A DNA stretch of 64,000 nucleotides from Octopus vulgaris (lineage: Eukaryota), in assembly GCA_951406725.2 (NCBI GenBank), contig OX597833.1, positions 41,478,001 to 41,542,000 of the forward strand, read 5' to 3'. Below the pieces are notes generated by a model. The model saw only the letters and a program-made list of their open reading frames with translations. It was not told the origin of the DNA and did not search any database. The translations under genes and the position numbers were made by a program. This document shows positions 26,595 through 40,574 of this stretch, one piece after another. Position 1 is the first letter of the stretch, and each line of letters begins with the position of its first letter.

Positions 26595-27562
26595 AGGCGG
26601 CGAGCTGGCAGAAACGTTAACACGTCAGACGAAATGCGTAGCGGTATTTCGTCTGCCGTTACGTTCTGAGTTCAAATTTCATCCTTTCGGGGTCGATTAA
26701 ATAAGTACCAGTTACGCACTGGGGTCGATGTAATCGACTTAATCCGTGTGTCTGTCCGTGTTCGTCCCCTCTGTGTTTAGCCCCTTGTGGGTAGTAAAGA
26801 AATAGGTATTTCGTCTGCCGCTACGTTCTGAGTTCAAATTACGCCGAGGTCGACTTTGCCTTTCATCCTTTCGGAGTCGATAAATTAAGTACCAGTCACG
26901 CACTGGGGTCGATGTAATCGACTCAATCCCTTTGTCTGTCCTTGTTTCTCTCCTCTGTGTTTAGCCCCTTGTGGGTAGTAAAGAAATAGGTAACAATTTT
27001 ATTGAATACTAGCGGGACCCTTGGAATTTCCACGAACCGATTAATAGAATGTTAAGTAAATAAGGCGGCGAGCTGGCAGAATTATTAGCACGCCGGGCGA
27101 AATTCTTAGCGGTATTTCGTCTGCCGTTAAGTTCTGGGTTCAAATTCCGCTGATGTCGACTTTGCCTTTCATCCTTTCGGGGTCGATAAATTAAGTACCA
27201 GTCACGCACTGGGGTCGATGTAATCGACTCAATCCCTTTGTCTGTCCTTGTTTGCCCCCTCTATGTTTAGCCTTATTGAAGTTCAAGCTGGAAAGATTCT
27301 GAGAGTTTCTTGTAGGCTGCATGTCCATGTATATATATATATATATATGCGTGTGTGTGTTTGTGTGTCTGTGTTTGTCCCCTAGCATTGCTTGACAACC
27401 GATGCTGGTGTGTTTATGTCCCCGTTACTTAGCGGTTCGTCAAAAGTGACCGATAGAATAAGTACTAGGCTTACAAAGAATAAGTCCTGGGGTCGATTTG
27501 CTCGACTAAAGGCGGTGCTCCAGCATGGCCACAGTCAAATGACTGAAACAAGTAAAAGAGTA
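26595..27562 (+). mobile_element. SINE cluster: family A dimer, family A copy, family B 3' half
   Basis: Family A 26595-26990 and 27063-27275; family B tail about 27340-27562. Confidence 0.88.
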
Positions 27563-27983
27563 AAATAATAAACTTTTTCTACTTATATGTATGTATAAAA
27601 ATAACACATTGAAGAAAGGAGTAATTGAAATCTTTACATATATAATAGAATGAGATACTTAGGCAACAAATACTAAAACTGCGTATATTTATTTATACAG
27701 TTCTATTTACAAATATATAAAGTTTAGCTATTAATTCTATCTTCTTTTAACATACAATACTCATAGGCTGGGAAAATAAACAACACATAGAGATACTTGG
27801 GAGTGTCCACCATGTGTGCAAAGATTGCCAGTGCCAATCAGTCCATGGTACTCCCCACCTCCCAACATAGAGCCATGCCAGTTTCTTCCGATATGAATAC
27901 AGAAAACAATAGACCTATATATGTACAAAACTATATAATATATGCCACATATAGTTTCCTCTTTTGAAAGATATTCATTTAAT

Positions 27984-28066
<83 letters not shown>

Positions 28067-28286
28067 TAAATATATATATATAAATATATATACATACATA
28101 TATATATATATATATATATTAACAAGTCACAAGGGCAGACATTTGAGAAGGTGGGGTTGTTCTTACCCCAGCCAGTGTTCACTCACGGGTAGTTGTATGT
28201 GGCATTCTCTAGAGCTCGCAAACCCTCAGATGTAAGGGTTAAGGTGATAGAGACAGACAGACAGACAAGGAGACAGACAGACAGAC

Positions 28287-28606
<320 letters not shown>

Positions 28607-28676
28607 AATACCAAGGACACATACCTAATGCAATCAAAGGTCTCCAGAATTTCTGAAAACACTCCACTCCTTCAAG

Positions 28677-31480
28677 TCAGTACCTCTCTGCAGACAACGT
28701 TCTTAGTAACAGTTCGCCCTCTTCTCCTTCCTTGTCTGTCTGTCTGTCTCTATCACCTTAACCCTTACATCTGAGGGTTTGCGAGCTCTAGAGAATGCCA
28801 CATACAACTACCCGTGAGTGAACACTGGCTGGGGTAAGAACAACCCCACCTTCTCAAATGTCTGCCCTTGTGACTTGTTAATAGTAATGGCATATGACAA
28901 ACGGACAAGAAACTGGGTTCTCTCGAGGGTGAATGGCATTTTAGGGTCACTTGGAGCCAGCTTTATTCTGGGGATGAGGACATGTTTGCCAATTAGTGAG
29001 CCGCTAATCCAGGAAGCCTCGATTGGTACTCTTGTACCATTGCAGAGTCCATTCTGGATAGAAATGTTACGAAGAAACATTACTATTGAACCGGGTTTTA
29101 AACTCAATTTATGAGGGGGGCATTCCTGAGGGTGTCAAAGGTTTTAGAAATTCAAGTGGTTAGCGCTCAGCCTCAGTAGAATCATCTGTCAAAACTTTAT
29201 CTGTACTATAATAGGTGCGGCAGTCACCGGGACGATGTCTCAAAACTTCTTCACTGAACAAGAGGCAGTCTGAGTTCTTTGGCGAAAGAATTACTCTGCT
29301 TCTTCTCTCTTCTTCAGATGTATTGTTGAAGATATCATCTACCAGAGAGCCATCAACGCATGAAATTTGAGCCACTTCTATGTCATCAACAGCAAGATTG
29401 GGATCTTATGGAATTGCATATCTTCCATTGCCAAGATGCAAGAACCATGCTGCAAATTCCCTTTGATCTGCTTGTTGTCCTGATGTTTTGGCTTAATCTG
29501 TATTGGATGAAATTCAGCTATAGAGGAGAATTTTTAATACAGATTTAAATAATTGTCTCACGAGTTCCCTTTGGCAATATGGGTAAGACTTGTCTAAAGT
29601 CTCCCCACAAGAGCACAACTTTACCACCAAAAACAGCAGCAATGCCAGTGATATCTCGCAAAGCTTTATCATTAGCAAATGAAGGAATCATAGAAGCCTC
29701 ATCCAAGATGATCAAATCTAGGTTTTGGAAATGATTTGCATGGTCTGAAGTGGCTGGTACATTACAAACGCTGGCCTTCATAATGGGACAGGCAACTTGA
29801 ACAAACTATGGATAGTCTTTCCACCTGACAGTAGTGGAGTGGAAATGCCTGTCCAAGCATCACTGCACACGTTGCAGCTGTTCCTTCGCAGATAAGTATT
29901 TATGGTATTAAATATATAAGTTTTACCACAACCTCCTTCTGCATCTACATAGAAACAGGAGTGGTTGGGCACTTCACCTCTCCTCTTCTTATCTACAGAT
30001 TCAAACACGGCATTAGCAATCAGTCCCTGTTCATCAGTAAGTGTTGCAATGTCTGCGCGATCAATGTCTTCATGATGGTCAAGCTGCGGTACTCCAATAG
30101 GTTCAGGCAACCCAACTGCTAAACAATTAATACCATTCTCTATCAAAATTGCATCAGTTGAGTGCAGTGCCATGTTTCCTGCGTGTTCTGCATTAAAACC
30201 TTGGTGCAAGAAATCTTCAATCCTGGATTCCTTGTGAGTGATCCACACGTGAAGAGCATTTGCAGGGTTCATATACGTGCACAGAGCAACAAAAAACATA
30301 ACATGTAACTGTAAGGGTATCCGACAGGCAGCAGCTTCTAGCAATGCAAGTTCCAATGTGCCATTATTTGAGAGACCATATCTCAGGCTTGCTGCCTTAA
30401 ATGTTGACAAGATTTCTCCTACAGTGCGCAAATACTGGAAGCTCACGGCGCCTGAAACATGCAGCAGTAACATTCACAAGTGAAATTTTTCTGTGTCTCT
30501 AGGACTCACTGTAATCATTCTACAGATATTAGTATTCCTTTGCCTTGGTGTCCATGTTCTAGTGTGCCCATTAAACACATAATGGAGCGGAATCATCATC
30601 ATGCTCATTCGGTTTGAACCATGCAGTGAGGGTAGTGTCACGGTCCCTCTGTGCCTGAGCAGCCTGCTGAGCGCTGCCTCTGTGAAAGTAAACTCTTTGC
30701 TGGTCTCCAAGATGAACTGCAAGTCTGTAGACAGTGTGAGATGTGTCGTGTAGCTTGAACTCTGACAGTCACCACATAGCTTCAGGAGGAGAAACATCGC
30801 CAAGCAACATAATTAGTAATTTCATTGTGAGCTTGATTCTGCTCACGATCTGCCACTGAGTTGTCTCTTATTTCAACAGAAGCACAGTTATGTCCTTTGT
30901 ACACGTATCTGAAGATATACCATAAATCCTCGTGCATAATCCGCATTTTTTCCCAAAAAATTTAAAGGTCAACATCCCTAGTGCATACTATATACGAGGT
31001 TAAAAATGAAAATTATTTTCTAAGCAATGTCCGAGTCTCTATTTGCTGTCCGGCAATGTTTATTCAGACACATTTTGTGATGTCGGGCGCGAAAATACAT
31101 TAAGCTAAGCCTGAAGGTAATGAAATCATAAAAGAATCATCCATAACTTGCAGTTAGCAACATTTATTAAACATTATTACTGTTATTTCTTTATTTTCTG
31201 CAAACAAAATGCACAAAAATGCTACACGTTTGCATTATGTTATATATACAATAATAATAAAGGACGTTACCGTATACATTTTTACAAACCAAGAACGTTA
31301 TATAGACCTCCTTGACTCAAGTTAGAGATGGGGTGCGTATTATACACAAGGTTTAGGTTTTTCAGAGGTACAGCCCCCTAAAAATCCCCTGCGTATTATA
31401 CTCAAGGGTGGAATATACTCGAGGATTTACGGTATTTAATGCTTTACGCGGATGAACAAATTTCTTCGTCGTAAATTAAG
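28677..31480 (-). mobile_element. Helitron RepHel remnant (Rep motif III plus PIF1 helicase), pseudogenised
   Basis: SIKYIFRYVYKGH (Rep), GGCGKTY, GGKTIHSLFKLP, IILDEASM, FGGKVVLLWGDFRQVLP, SYAITINKSQGQT, LYVAFSR and [10 protein letters not shown]. Many stops and frameshifts. Confidence 0.95.
30920..31432. mobile_element. Tc1/pogo-type MITE (TA TSD)
   Basis: TIRs ccataaatcctcgtgcata / tatactcgaggatttacgg; second copy at 45392-45913. Confidence 0.88.
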
Positions 31481-31960
31481 AATCTGGTGTTATTTGGAAT
31501 TAAAGTTGGGAAATTTGGGATAATTTTAGCCTATCAACAGACAGCAAGGCATTAACAGCTTGTTACCATGACGACCGCACGTTGTTTCTAGATGCGCGCA
31601 CCCGCGCAAGTCAGCGCTAGAAAAAAAAACCCTCCACATTTTGAGTAACATCTTATTTCAATTTCAAAATTTGTTTTATTTAATTATTTTATTAGATAGA
31701 TATATTTGTCCGAAGCAGATTACGTTTGAATAACATTTGATTTCAATTTCAAAGTTTGCTTCATTAGATATATAGATAAAAATCGCATCCTCGATTTACA
31801 GTTTACACATATCTATACATGAATGTATAGTTGTGTATAGATATGTGTATCTATCTGTCTATAAACACACTCAGAAAGTCACACGTTCAAACACACACAT
31901 ACACACACTTTCTATCACCACTCTCTCTGTCCCTCTCCCTCTGACTCTCTTTCTCCCCTC

Positions 31961-32003
<43 letters not shown>

Positions 32004-32803
32004 TTACAAATACATAAAGTTTAGCTATTAACATCATATTATTATGCATATTATATGAAAAGCATAACGGACAGACGAACAAACTAAGGAAGGAATATGC
32101 AGAATTGTAATATGATAATATTAGATTATCAACAAATTAAATTGAAACCGACCTAAAAGCAGTCCTCAAAAATGTGTGTGAGAGAGAAGGGGGGGTGAGA
32201 GTATGTGTGCGTGTGTGTGTGTGTGTGAGAGAGAGAGTATGTGTGCGTGTATGTATGTATGTATATATATATATGGATCAAAACAGTTTGATTCAAATTC
32301 GTTAGTACTCCGAATTTCAAGCATGACGCTAGTCTTCAGCTATTTTGAATTTGAATGACAGAAGTTGATTGTTATATTACCGTAAGGTGGTCTGTGATTA
32401 GTCGACGAAGGTCACGTGTTGTCGTGGTTTGATGTTGGTATATCGGTAACAGTTAGGTGGAAAATACCCGATAGTGAACAAGAAATCGACCACATGATCG
32501 ACAGGAAATCTACCGCGTGGTGGACAGGAAATCGGTCAGATTTTTGGAGGGGAAATAGGAAGGGGCAAGTATGTAGTTGTATATGTGGATGTGTAAACGC
32601 GCTCATATGGTTTTGCGTGCATGTCCGTATTGATGCGAGCGTGAGCATCTGCACATAGATGCACACAAGCCCCACACACACACACACACACATTTATGAA
32701 CGAGCGTGTGCGCGCGCACGCATACACGCGCATACATACACAAGCATACACATGTACGCACACATACACGCACATGTGTATTCGTTTATATGCATATATG
32801 TGT

Positions 32804-33442
32804 ATTTCTTTATTGCCCACAAGGGGCTAAACACAGACAGGACAAACAAGGACAGACAAACGGATTAAGTCGATTACATCGACCTCAGTGCGTAACTGGT
32901 ACTTATTTAATCGACCCGGAAAGGATGAAAGGAAAAGGCGACCTCGGCGGAATTTGAACTCAGAAGGTAACGGCAGACGAAATACAGCTAAGAATTTCAC
33001 CCAGCGTGCTAACGATTCTGCCAGCTCACCGCATGCATGCATGCATATTAATGTGCGCACACATGCATACGCGTGCACATGCGTACTCGCGCGCATTCTT
33101 TTATTCTTTTACTTGTTTCAGTCATTTGACTGCGGCCATGCTGGGACACCGCCTTGAAGTGTTTTAGTCGTACAAATCGACCCCAGGACTTATTCATTAT
33201 AAGCCTAGTACTTCTTCTGTCGGTCTATTTTGCCGGACCGCTAAGTTATGGGGACGTAAACACACCAACAACAGTTGTCAAGTGGTGATGACTGGCTTCT
33301 TTCAGCTTCCGTCTACCAAATCCACCCACAAGGTTTTGATCAGCTCGAGGCTACAGTAGAAGATACTTGCCCAAGGTTCCACGCAGTGCGACTGAACCCG
33401 GAACCATGAAGTTGGGAAGCAAGCTTCTTGCCACACAGCCAC
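32804..33442 (-). mobile_element. SINE family A (32804-33031) and family B (33097-33442)
   Basis: Reverse-complement consensus matches. Confidence 0.85.
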
Positions 33443-33482
33443 GCGTGCTCCTACACACATGCGCGCGATGTACACACACATG

Positions 33483-33603
<121 letters not shown>

Positions 33604-34539
33604 CTCTTATTGGGCTATTTTGCCAAAGTCGCTATGGTAGCTGATTGCTTGCTATGCCATGGTTGAATTGGGGAATGAAAATATGACAGCTTGAAAAACT
33701 AACTAAACAACACCCACGAACATCTAACAGAAGTATTTATTGTCGCATACAAAGACAATCTGTGTTGGCCATTTACAATTAACAACAGCAATAATTACAA
33801 ACTAGGAGAGATGCTGCTTTGAGATTACAGAACGACGTGGGTACGGTAACATACGGTTGGCCCACACAACTGAAATCAGTTGTGCAATATTTGTGGCGAC
33901 GTAGGTTCTTTCTCATCTGCCCTAGGCCATCTATGCGGGCCGTCTACGTGGGCTGTCTGCCTGGGCCATCTGCGTGGTTGTCTGGAACAGTCTAACGGCA
34001 AGGGTGGAGGCGCGTTTCGCTCAGCCGCCTTTCGACAAGAGATGATACGTGTCTTGCCACCTGGCAAGAGATTAGACGTATCAATGAGCCGGCCGCTCTC
34101 AACGCTCTGCAAAAAGTTCAGAAGCTAAAACGGCTTTTTTATATGGTACAAGATTGTAGAAGATCAAATCATACCACGGCTTCACGCTGTTTGGTTGCTT
34201 AATATTCCGATCACGTGAAACTATTGTGGTTCGGTTGTGGTGTCTTTTCGGCTACCTCACGGTTAGGTTCCGAATCACCGCTTCACATCAAATTCATTGA
34301 GGACGTCATGAAAAAAGCTAATGAATAGCGCTCAATTGCGCATTAAATTCATTGACTGGCGCCCGCAAAAACACTGACGAATCGAAAGTTGTTTATTGCT
34401 AATCGGTCAAGCTTTGGTTAAGCTAACTCATTTAATAAAAAGAAAGGAAGACAGTGTAAAAGACAAGCGAATGACAGATAGGCAAGCAGTCATAATCAGA
34501 GAGTAATAGACAACTAACAGACAAGTGAGAACAGAGAAC

Positions 34540-35040
34540 AGAATGCAGGCGCTCCACTATTCACTATCAGCTAGTGTAGACAGCCTGATTCACCAGATAT
34601 GAAGGGCCTACAACTCGAAGTGGCCTAACACAGGACTTTGGCATCACTTTGTCTCCAACAATTCGGTACGATACCAATGCAAAACCATCTCCCTCCGACA
34701 AGTCATCCTAACGAGACGTCTGCGTTGGCTGGGTCATGCCCTCCGTCGTCAACCAGGAGAATTCATCTACGAAGCAATTGCCCCAGCTCCTCTTCAGGGT
34801 TGGCGAAAGCGATGTGGTGGACAACGAAAAACCTGGCTGATAACAGTCAAGGCTGATCTGGAACCCAACCTAGGCCCCCATGTCTACGGCGTTCGCCGCT
34901 GGAATAGGGAGTGCTTGGAGATCACGCGGTCGTTAGCCTCAAATCGCCAGGCCTGGTCGGCGTTTGTGAGAGATGCAGCATTGAGGATGAATGAAGGCAG
35001 CTCAATCCACCCCGGGTGAATGCTGTCTCAAGACAAGAAG
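34540..35040 (+). mobile_element. RTE-clade LINE 3' end
   Basis: RRLRWLGHALRR..WRKRCGGQRKTW..VKADL..LASNRQAW, followed by a caag-type tail. Confidence 0.85.
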
Positions 35041-35145
35041 CACAGGACTATATTATGACAGCTGATATGTGTATTCACTCGCTCGTCTCTTTCTCTCTCT
35101 TCCCCCTTCTCTCTCTCTCTCTCTCTTTCTCTTTCTTTCTTTCTT

Positions 35146-35206
<61 letters not shown>

Positions 35207-35643
35207 CCATACAACCACAGGAACTGTCCAGCCAAGTGACTACGATAAACAGAACTTTCTGTTATAATTCTTTTATTATTATTATTGTATTTTGCCAATT
35301 AAACTCACGCACTATTTATTTGATCTTCGCTTTAGTTTTATTACTATTATCTTTTATTTTATTTTATTTTATTTTATTTATCTGCCAAAGTTGTTTCGTC
35401 ACATATCTGTGACCTCTTCCGCGATTCTCTGTCACATGTGTCTCCTCTTTTGCCTATTCCATTTTGTCCTTCTATTATTGTTTCTCTTTCTTACTTTGGA
35501 GTGCTGCGTCTAATACAAGCCCTTTACAAGAAACAAACGACTACTCTTCATCCTGTTCATTGTCTATATTATATAAATGTAAATAAAATATAAATGCATT
35601 TTAATACACTTAAACTAACATTTCACGTTTGTAAATTTTGCAG

Positions 35644-35904
35644 CCGCCTCATGTATGCACCAGAGACATTCAAGTTCCGGGAGAAGATCTACAAGAGCAA
35701 CCCACTTTTCTTAATTGTTCAAAAAATTATTGAAATACTCGGAGGAAAATCCTACGAAAAACTTCTCAAAGAACATATCCTGGAACCGCTAGGTATGACT
35801 GGTACTACTTTTCTGCACACACTCCATTCAGGGCGACGAAATTTGGCAATGCCTACTATGAATAAGAAAGGAGAACGTTATACGGTTCCGGTTGAAGCAA
35901 TGAG
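35644..35904 (+). CDS. Beta-lactamase/PBP-family protein, exon B (phase 2-2)
   Basis: ttttgcag acceptor, gtagga donor. RLMYAPETFKFREKIYKSNPLFLIVQKIIEILGGKSYEKLLKEHILEPLGMTGTTF covers the motif II region and PLGM. Confidence 0.93.
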
Positions 35905-36042
35905 GTAGGATGTCAGTATTTTTGTGTTGCTCCATTGCTTTTTGTGGTGGGGGGGGTTTCACTAGTTAATACCTTATTAGCAGGAAGCAAGAAATTTATT
36001 AGGGGAAGGGTAGAGTCGATTGATGTAGCAATTACTGATACA

Positions 36043-36435
36043 GGTGCAGGCGTGGTTATGAGGTAAGAAATATGCTTCCCAACCACCCAGTTCCGGGTTC
36101 ACTTCCACTATATCGCACTTAAGGCAAGTATCTTCTGTTCTGTTATAGTCTCGGACCGACCAAAGCCTTGAGAGTGGATTTGGTAGACAGAAACTGAAAG
36201 AAGCCTATCGCATGTGTGTCTGTGTGTCTGTCTGTCTGTGCGCGCGCGCTGAATGTTTTTGTCCTCTACCGCCGCTTGACAACCGGTGTTGGCTTGTTTA
36301 CGTTTCCGTAACTTACTGGTTCGGCAAAAAAAGAGACTGATAGAATAAGTACCAGATTTAAAAAATAATAAGCACTTGGTTCGATTTGTTCGACTAACTC
36401 CATCAAGGCTGTGCCCCAGCATGGCCACAGTCCAA
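36043..36435 (+). mobile_element. SINE family B
   Basis: Head ggtgcaggcgtggttatgaggtaag, core and tail. Confidence 0.8.
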
Positions 36436-36483
36436 AAGATATAAAAAAAACAAAAAGAGAAAACGCTACCAAAAAAATGGCAT

Positions 36484-36895
36484 GGATCTTTTCGGTTTGA
36501 ACGGCAGTTTTTAACATAATTTCTACGTAACTAAAAAATTTTAAACTTCGTATACTGGTAGAATGTGTTTATAAAACATCTTTTTCTCTTTGGCTTTATT
36601 GAGAAAATTCTATAATTTGTAAGATATTTGTTGTTTTTTTTCCTTCAATTTCTGCAATTTCAACCAATCAGTGACGTCTATTGAGTTAAAAAACATTCTG
36701 TGTCGTATGAATTTGTCCCTCGTTTAAGAAACAGATTGGGTTTATTTACATTTGTGAAGAAAAAAAGATACCCTTCCCCCACCCCTAACCCTAAGAGAGA
36801 TTGAAATGCAATAGATCGATACTAGGGTAATAATTATGAGTGACAATTTCATATGACAACGCTAGAAAAAACTGCCGTTCAAACCGAAAAGATCC
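36484..36895. mobile_element. MITE with perfect 29-bp TIRs and 8-bp TSD (Merlin-like)
   Basis: ggatcttttcggtttgaacggcagttttt / aaaaactgccgttcaaaccgaaaagatcc; TSD aatggcat. Partial relatives at about 38375-38587 and 53140-53362. Confidence 0.88.
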
Positions 36896-37643
36896 AATGG
36901 CATTGCCAACTAAGGTGAGATATGAAGACACGCTCTGCCACACACCGCCATGTCAGCTCCTCCTACTATACTACCATCGACTAACCCCATCAAGTCTGTA
37001 CTGCAGCATGGCCGCAGTCCAATGACTGAAGCAAGTAAAAGATAGTAAAAGAAAAAGAGAAAACGCTACCCAAATAAAAAGGCATTGCCAACTAAGGTGA
37101 GATATGAAGACACGCTCTGCCACCCCATCTCCATGTCATCTCCACCCACCATACTACCACTCACTCTATCTCCCTGTCTCTTTCTCTCTATCAATCTATC
37201 TATCTATCTCTTACCTCCCCTTCCCCCTTCTCACCCTAGTACCCTGTCACCACATCACCCTGTCATCCCACCACCCCCCATCGGTTCTCTTCTGAAATAT
37301 TAGACACCAACGAGGTTGTCAGTTTTACAAGTACAGGAAACGAATCGTTTCATAGATGGAAGCAGAATGGGAAGAAGAGATGCGTGTGTTTATATGATGG
37401 TGACGGGGTAGGGGTGGGTGTGGGGGGAATGTTGATGAAATAGGGGGGATGGGGATGAAATGTGCGCGCGCGTATATGTGTGTATGTGAGTCGACATATG
37501 TGCATATATACACACATGCATATACGTACGTATTACACACATAAATTCACACACACACACACACACGTGTGTATGTGTGTGCCTGTTGGTATAGTGCACG
37601 TTGATGAATGATATCTGAGCGTGAGTGTGTGTGTGTGTGTATG

Positions 37644-37706
<63 letters not shown>

Positions 37707-38095
37707 GTGTGTGTGTGTGTTTGCACGCGCGCATGTTGCGTTTCATGGTATAAGATTATGCTGAAATAATGTATAGTGTGTAGTGCTAAAGTGCGTATGT
37801 GATGAGGTTGTGAATGTGTGTACGTATATGTGTATTGGTAATGTGCGTATGCGTGATGGGTGTGTTTGTGTGTGTGTGTATGTGTGTGTATGTGTTGGCG
37901 TGTTGGGATTGAGATTAATGTCTTTTAGGTGGAGCCTTTCCTCATAGAAGAAAAGGGAAAGAATATTGTTTGAAAATTGTTTATTTAACCTAATAGAGTG
38001 TGCACGGTAGTGCTGGGAAATACCCTGTCAGTGGGATTTGGTAAATGAAAACTTTGCGGAAGCGTGGCGTGTATATATACATATATATATGTATA

Positions 38096-38139
<44 letters not shown>

Positions 38140-38194
38140 TAGATAGATATAGATAGATAGATATATATATATATATACATATATATACATATAT

Positions 38195-38261
<67 letters not shown>

Positions 38262-38270
38262 TATAGATAG

Positions 38271-38305
<35 letters not shown>

Positions 38306-39052
38306 CAGTAGTGGCTGTGTGGTAAGTAGCTTGCTTACCAACCACATAGTCCCGGGTTCATTCCCACTGCAGAAATTGTATTCACCTCAATAGACGTCAT
38401 TGATTGGTTGAAATTGCCGAAATGCAAGAAATTTAACAACAAATAGCTTACAAGCTACAAAATTTTCCCAAGAAACCCAAGAGAAAAAGATGTTTTACTT
38501 GACACATTCTACCAGTATACGAAGTTTAAAAGTGTTTAGTTACAAAGAAATTGTTTTTAAAATCTGCCGGTCAAAGTGAAAAGATCCGTAAAATAAATAA
38601 TAACAATAAGTGACCAGCAAGCAAAAACCGATGAATGGCAAATCCAAAATCTTATAATTAATTTATAATAGGACACACGAGGTACCAGCATTATTATAAA
38701 AATTAAAGTCAAAAATACTCTAAAAAAACCACTAATCACTGGAAATACAACAAGAACAACAGGAATCGGGCGACGAGCAAATAAATTAACTTAGCATCTC
38801 GGCAGAAAGCGGCAAAATGAAGAAATAGATATCTCTAGATCAATTCATTTCGAATTTTGAAAGTTTACTTCCCATAATTCTCATCAGCAGGTCTCGCTAT
38901 ATACCTAGGGTTAAAAACGTTACTCGTTTCGCCAAATTCAAAAATGGTGTCAGTGTATAACATTCATATATGAATAATATTTATATAGATGTTATTATTA
39001 ATGATTATTAGTAGTAAAATAAAAAGACTCAGCGAAACGAGTAAAGTTTTTA

Positions 39053-39112
<60 letters not shown>

Positions 39113-39265
39113 ATAAATTAGAGATAAAACCACTATTATGCAACTCAAACAGTGATAGACATAAACCAAAACATAAATAACAAATAATATATATTTTTTT
39201 ATAAAACATATAACTAGATCTCAAAAAGTATAAAAATGAATTATCAATATATAATAAGTAAAAAG

Positions 39266-39365
39266 AACTACGTACGTTTCATGGCTACAATTAAATTCGA
39301 ATTACAATTAAGTTTAGATTCAATTGAAATAAATTCGATTTAAAATTATGGTCAATCTTCAGGTT
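39266..39365 (-). ncRNA. Penelope-type minimal type I hammerhead ribozyme motif
   Basis: Minus strand reads aac-CUGAAGA-[long imperfect helix II with ucgaauu/aauucga]-GAAA-C-GUAC-G-UA-guu. The 2-bp helix III has a palindromic loop, the cleavage triplet is GUA, and helix I is 3 bp. Confidence 0.62.
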
Positions 39366-40302
39366 AATGATAATAGTTAAATAAATAAGCAAATAGAGTT
39401 AAACAATATTTATTTTTAAAATAAATAAAATAATAATTATTCTTATAGAAAAACCTCCATTAACTAAATTTGAAATTTATAATAGATTTAATTATAATTA
39501 TATTTATAATTTTTTACGAATGATGTGTTCTTGAGAGTTAGGTGTTTGTATACAAACCCTAAAACCCCGTGTGCAACGTCCTGTTTATTCGTGAATGTGA
39601 TAATTTATAAATTTATTATTTATTAATTTATCATTTTAGATGTCTTAAATCAAGCTTCTAAGTTTTCAAACCCATCCCCATTTGACGACTGTCTCATCCT
39701 CTCTTCTCATTCAGTTTAAAGATGCACGAGCCCTACTACCTAGCTCCTGCTATATAAGACAAGCTAAGTGATCTATTCTTCTCTTAGTTTTAACCTATTC
39801 TCTTAACATCGTTTTAAAAATATTTTAAGCCAAAAGACGAGTTCTGTAATGATTCTATTGCAGAGCAGAAGTGAATGACAAATGACGGTATTAGAGTTAT
39901 CGCCCTTATATTAGTTTCCTCTCTTTCTTCAAAATGAATGTTAAAATGTTAGTATGATTCTTGTGATATCGTGCGTTTCAGGACTGGCTGACTAAGGGAG
40001 TTTCGTGTGGTAGTGTCTTACAGGGAGTTAATTGTTAACAAGTTGTTTACCTTATGTGTTTCGGGCAGAATAATAGTTTGTTTTGTTTTTTTTTCTAGTT
40101 ACGTTTCATCTATATTTTATAGACGATCTTATTGCCCTGAAATCGTAAAATATTTCATGGAACCCTTCCGGGTAGATTTGTACGAATTAAAATGCCATAA
40201 ATAAATATGTGTATGTGTGTGTGTGTGTATGCGTGCGTGCGCGCGTACGTGTGCGTGTGCGTGCCAGCATGTATAATTTGGCTCTTTGCTATATGATTTC
40301 AG

Positions 40303-40574
40303 AGGTTTCAAACTTACGAAAGCTGCCAATGGAATTTGTTCCAATGCACACGACATGTCTACATGGATTAATATGCACCTGATGAAAGGCGTCTCCCATG
40401 AAACTACAAGGACAAACATACGATCAGAAATTTTAAACGAGATTAACCGAACAGGCATCAATCGAATCAACGATGCTTTCAACTTGGTTAAGAACACATT
40501 TTTAAATCCAGCAATTTTGGTCAGTCTCGGTCGATACGGCTACGGAACGAAATGGGAATCTGGACTTTATAGAG
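40303..40574 (+). CDS. Beta-lactamase/PBP-family protein, exon C (phase 2-1)
   Basis: tttcag acceptor, gtaact donor. AANGICSNAHDMSTWINMHL (cf. AGGI.S...DMAKW) and GYGTKWESGLYRG (cf. YG.GW....YRG). Confidence 0.93.

Noticed and set aside
33830-34130. GC-richer segment with short ORFs on both strands
   Set aside because: No recognisable motif or splice context; probably a TE fragment.
36775-36795. Telomere-like ccctaaccctaa
   Set aside because: Only two units, internal to the MITE.
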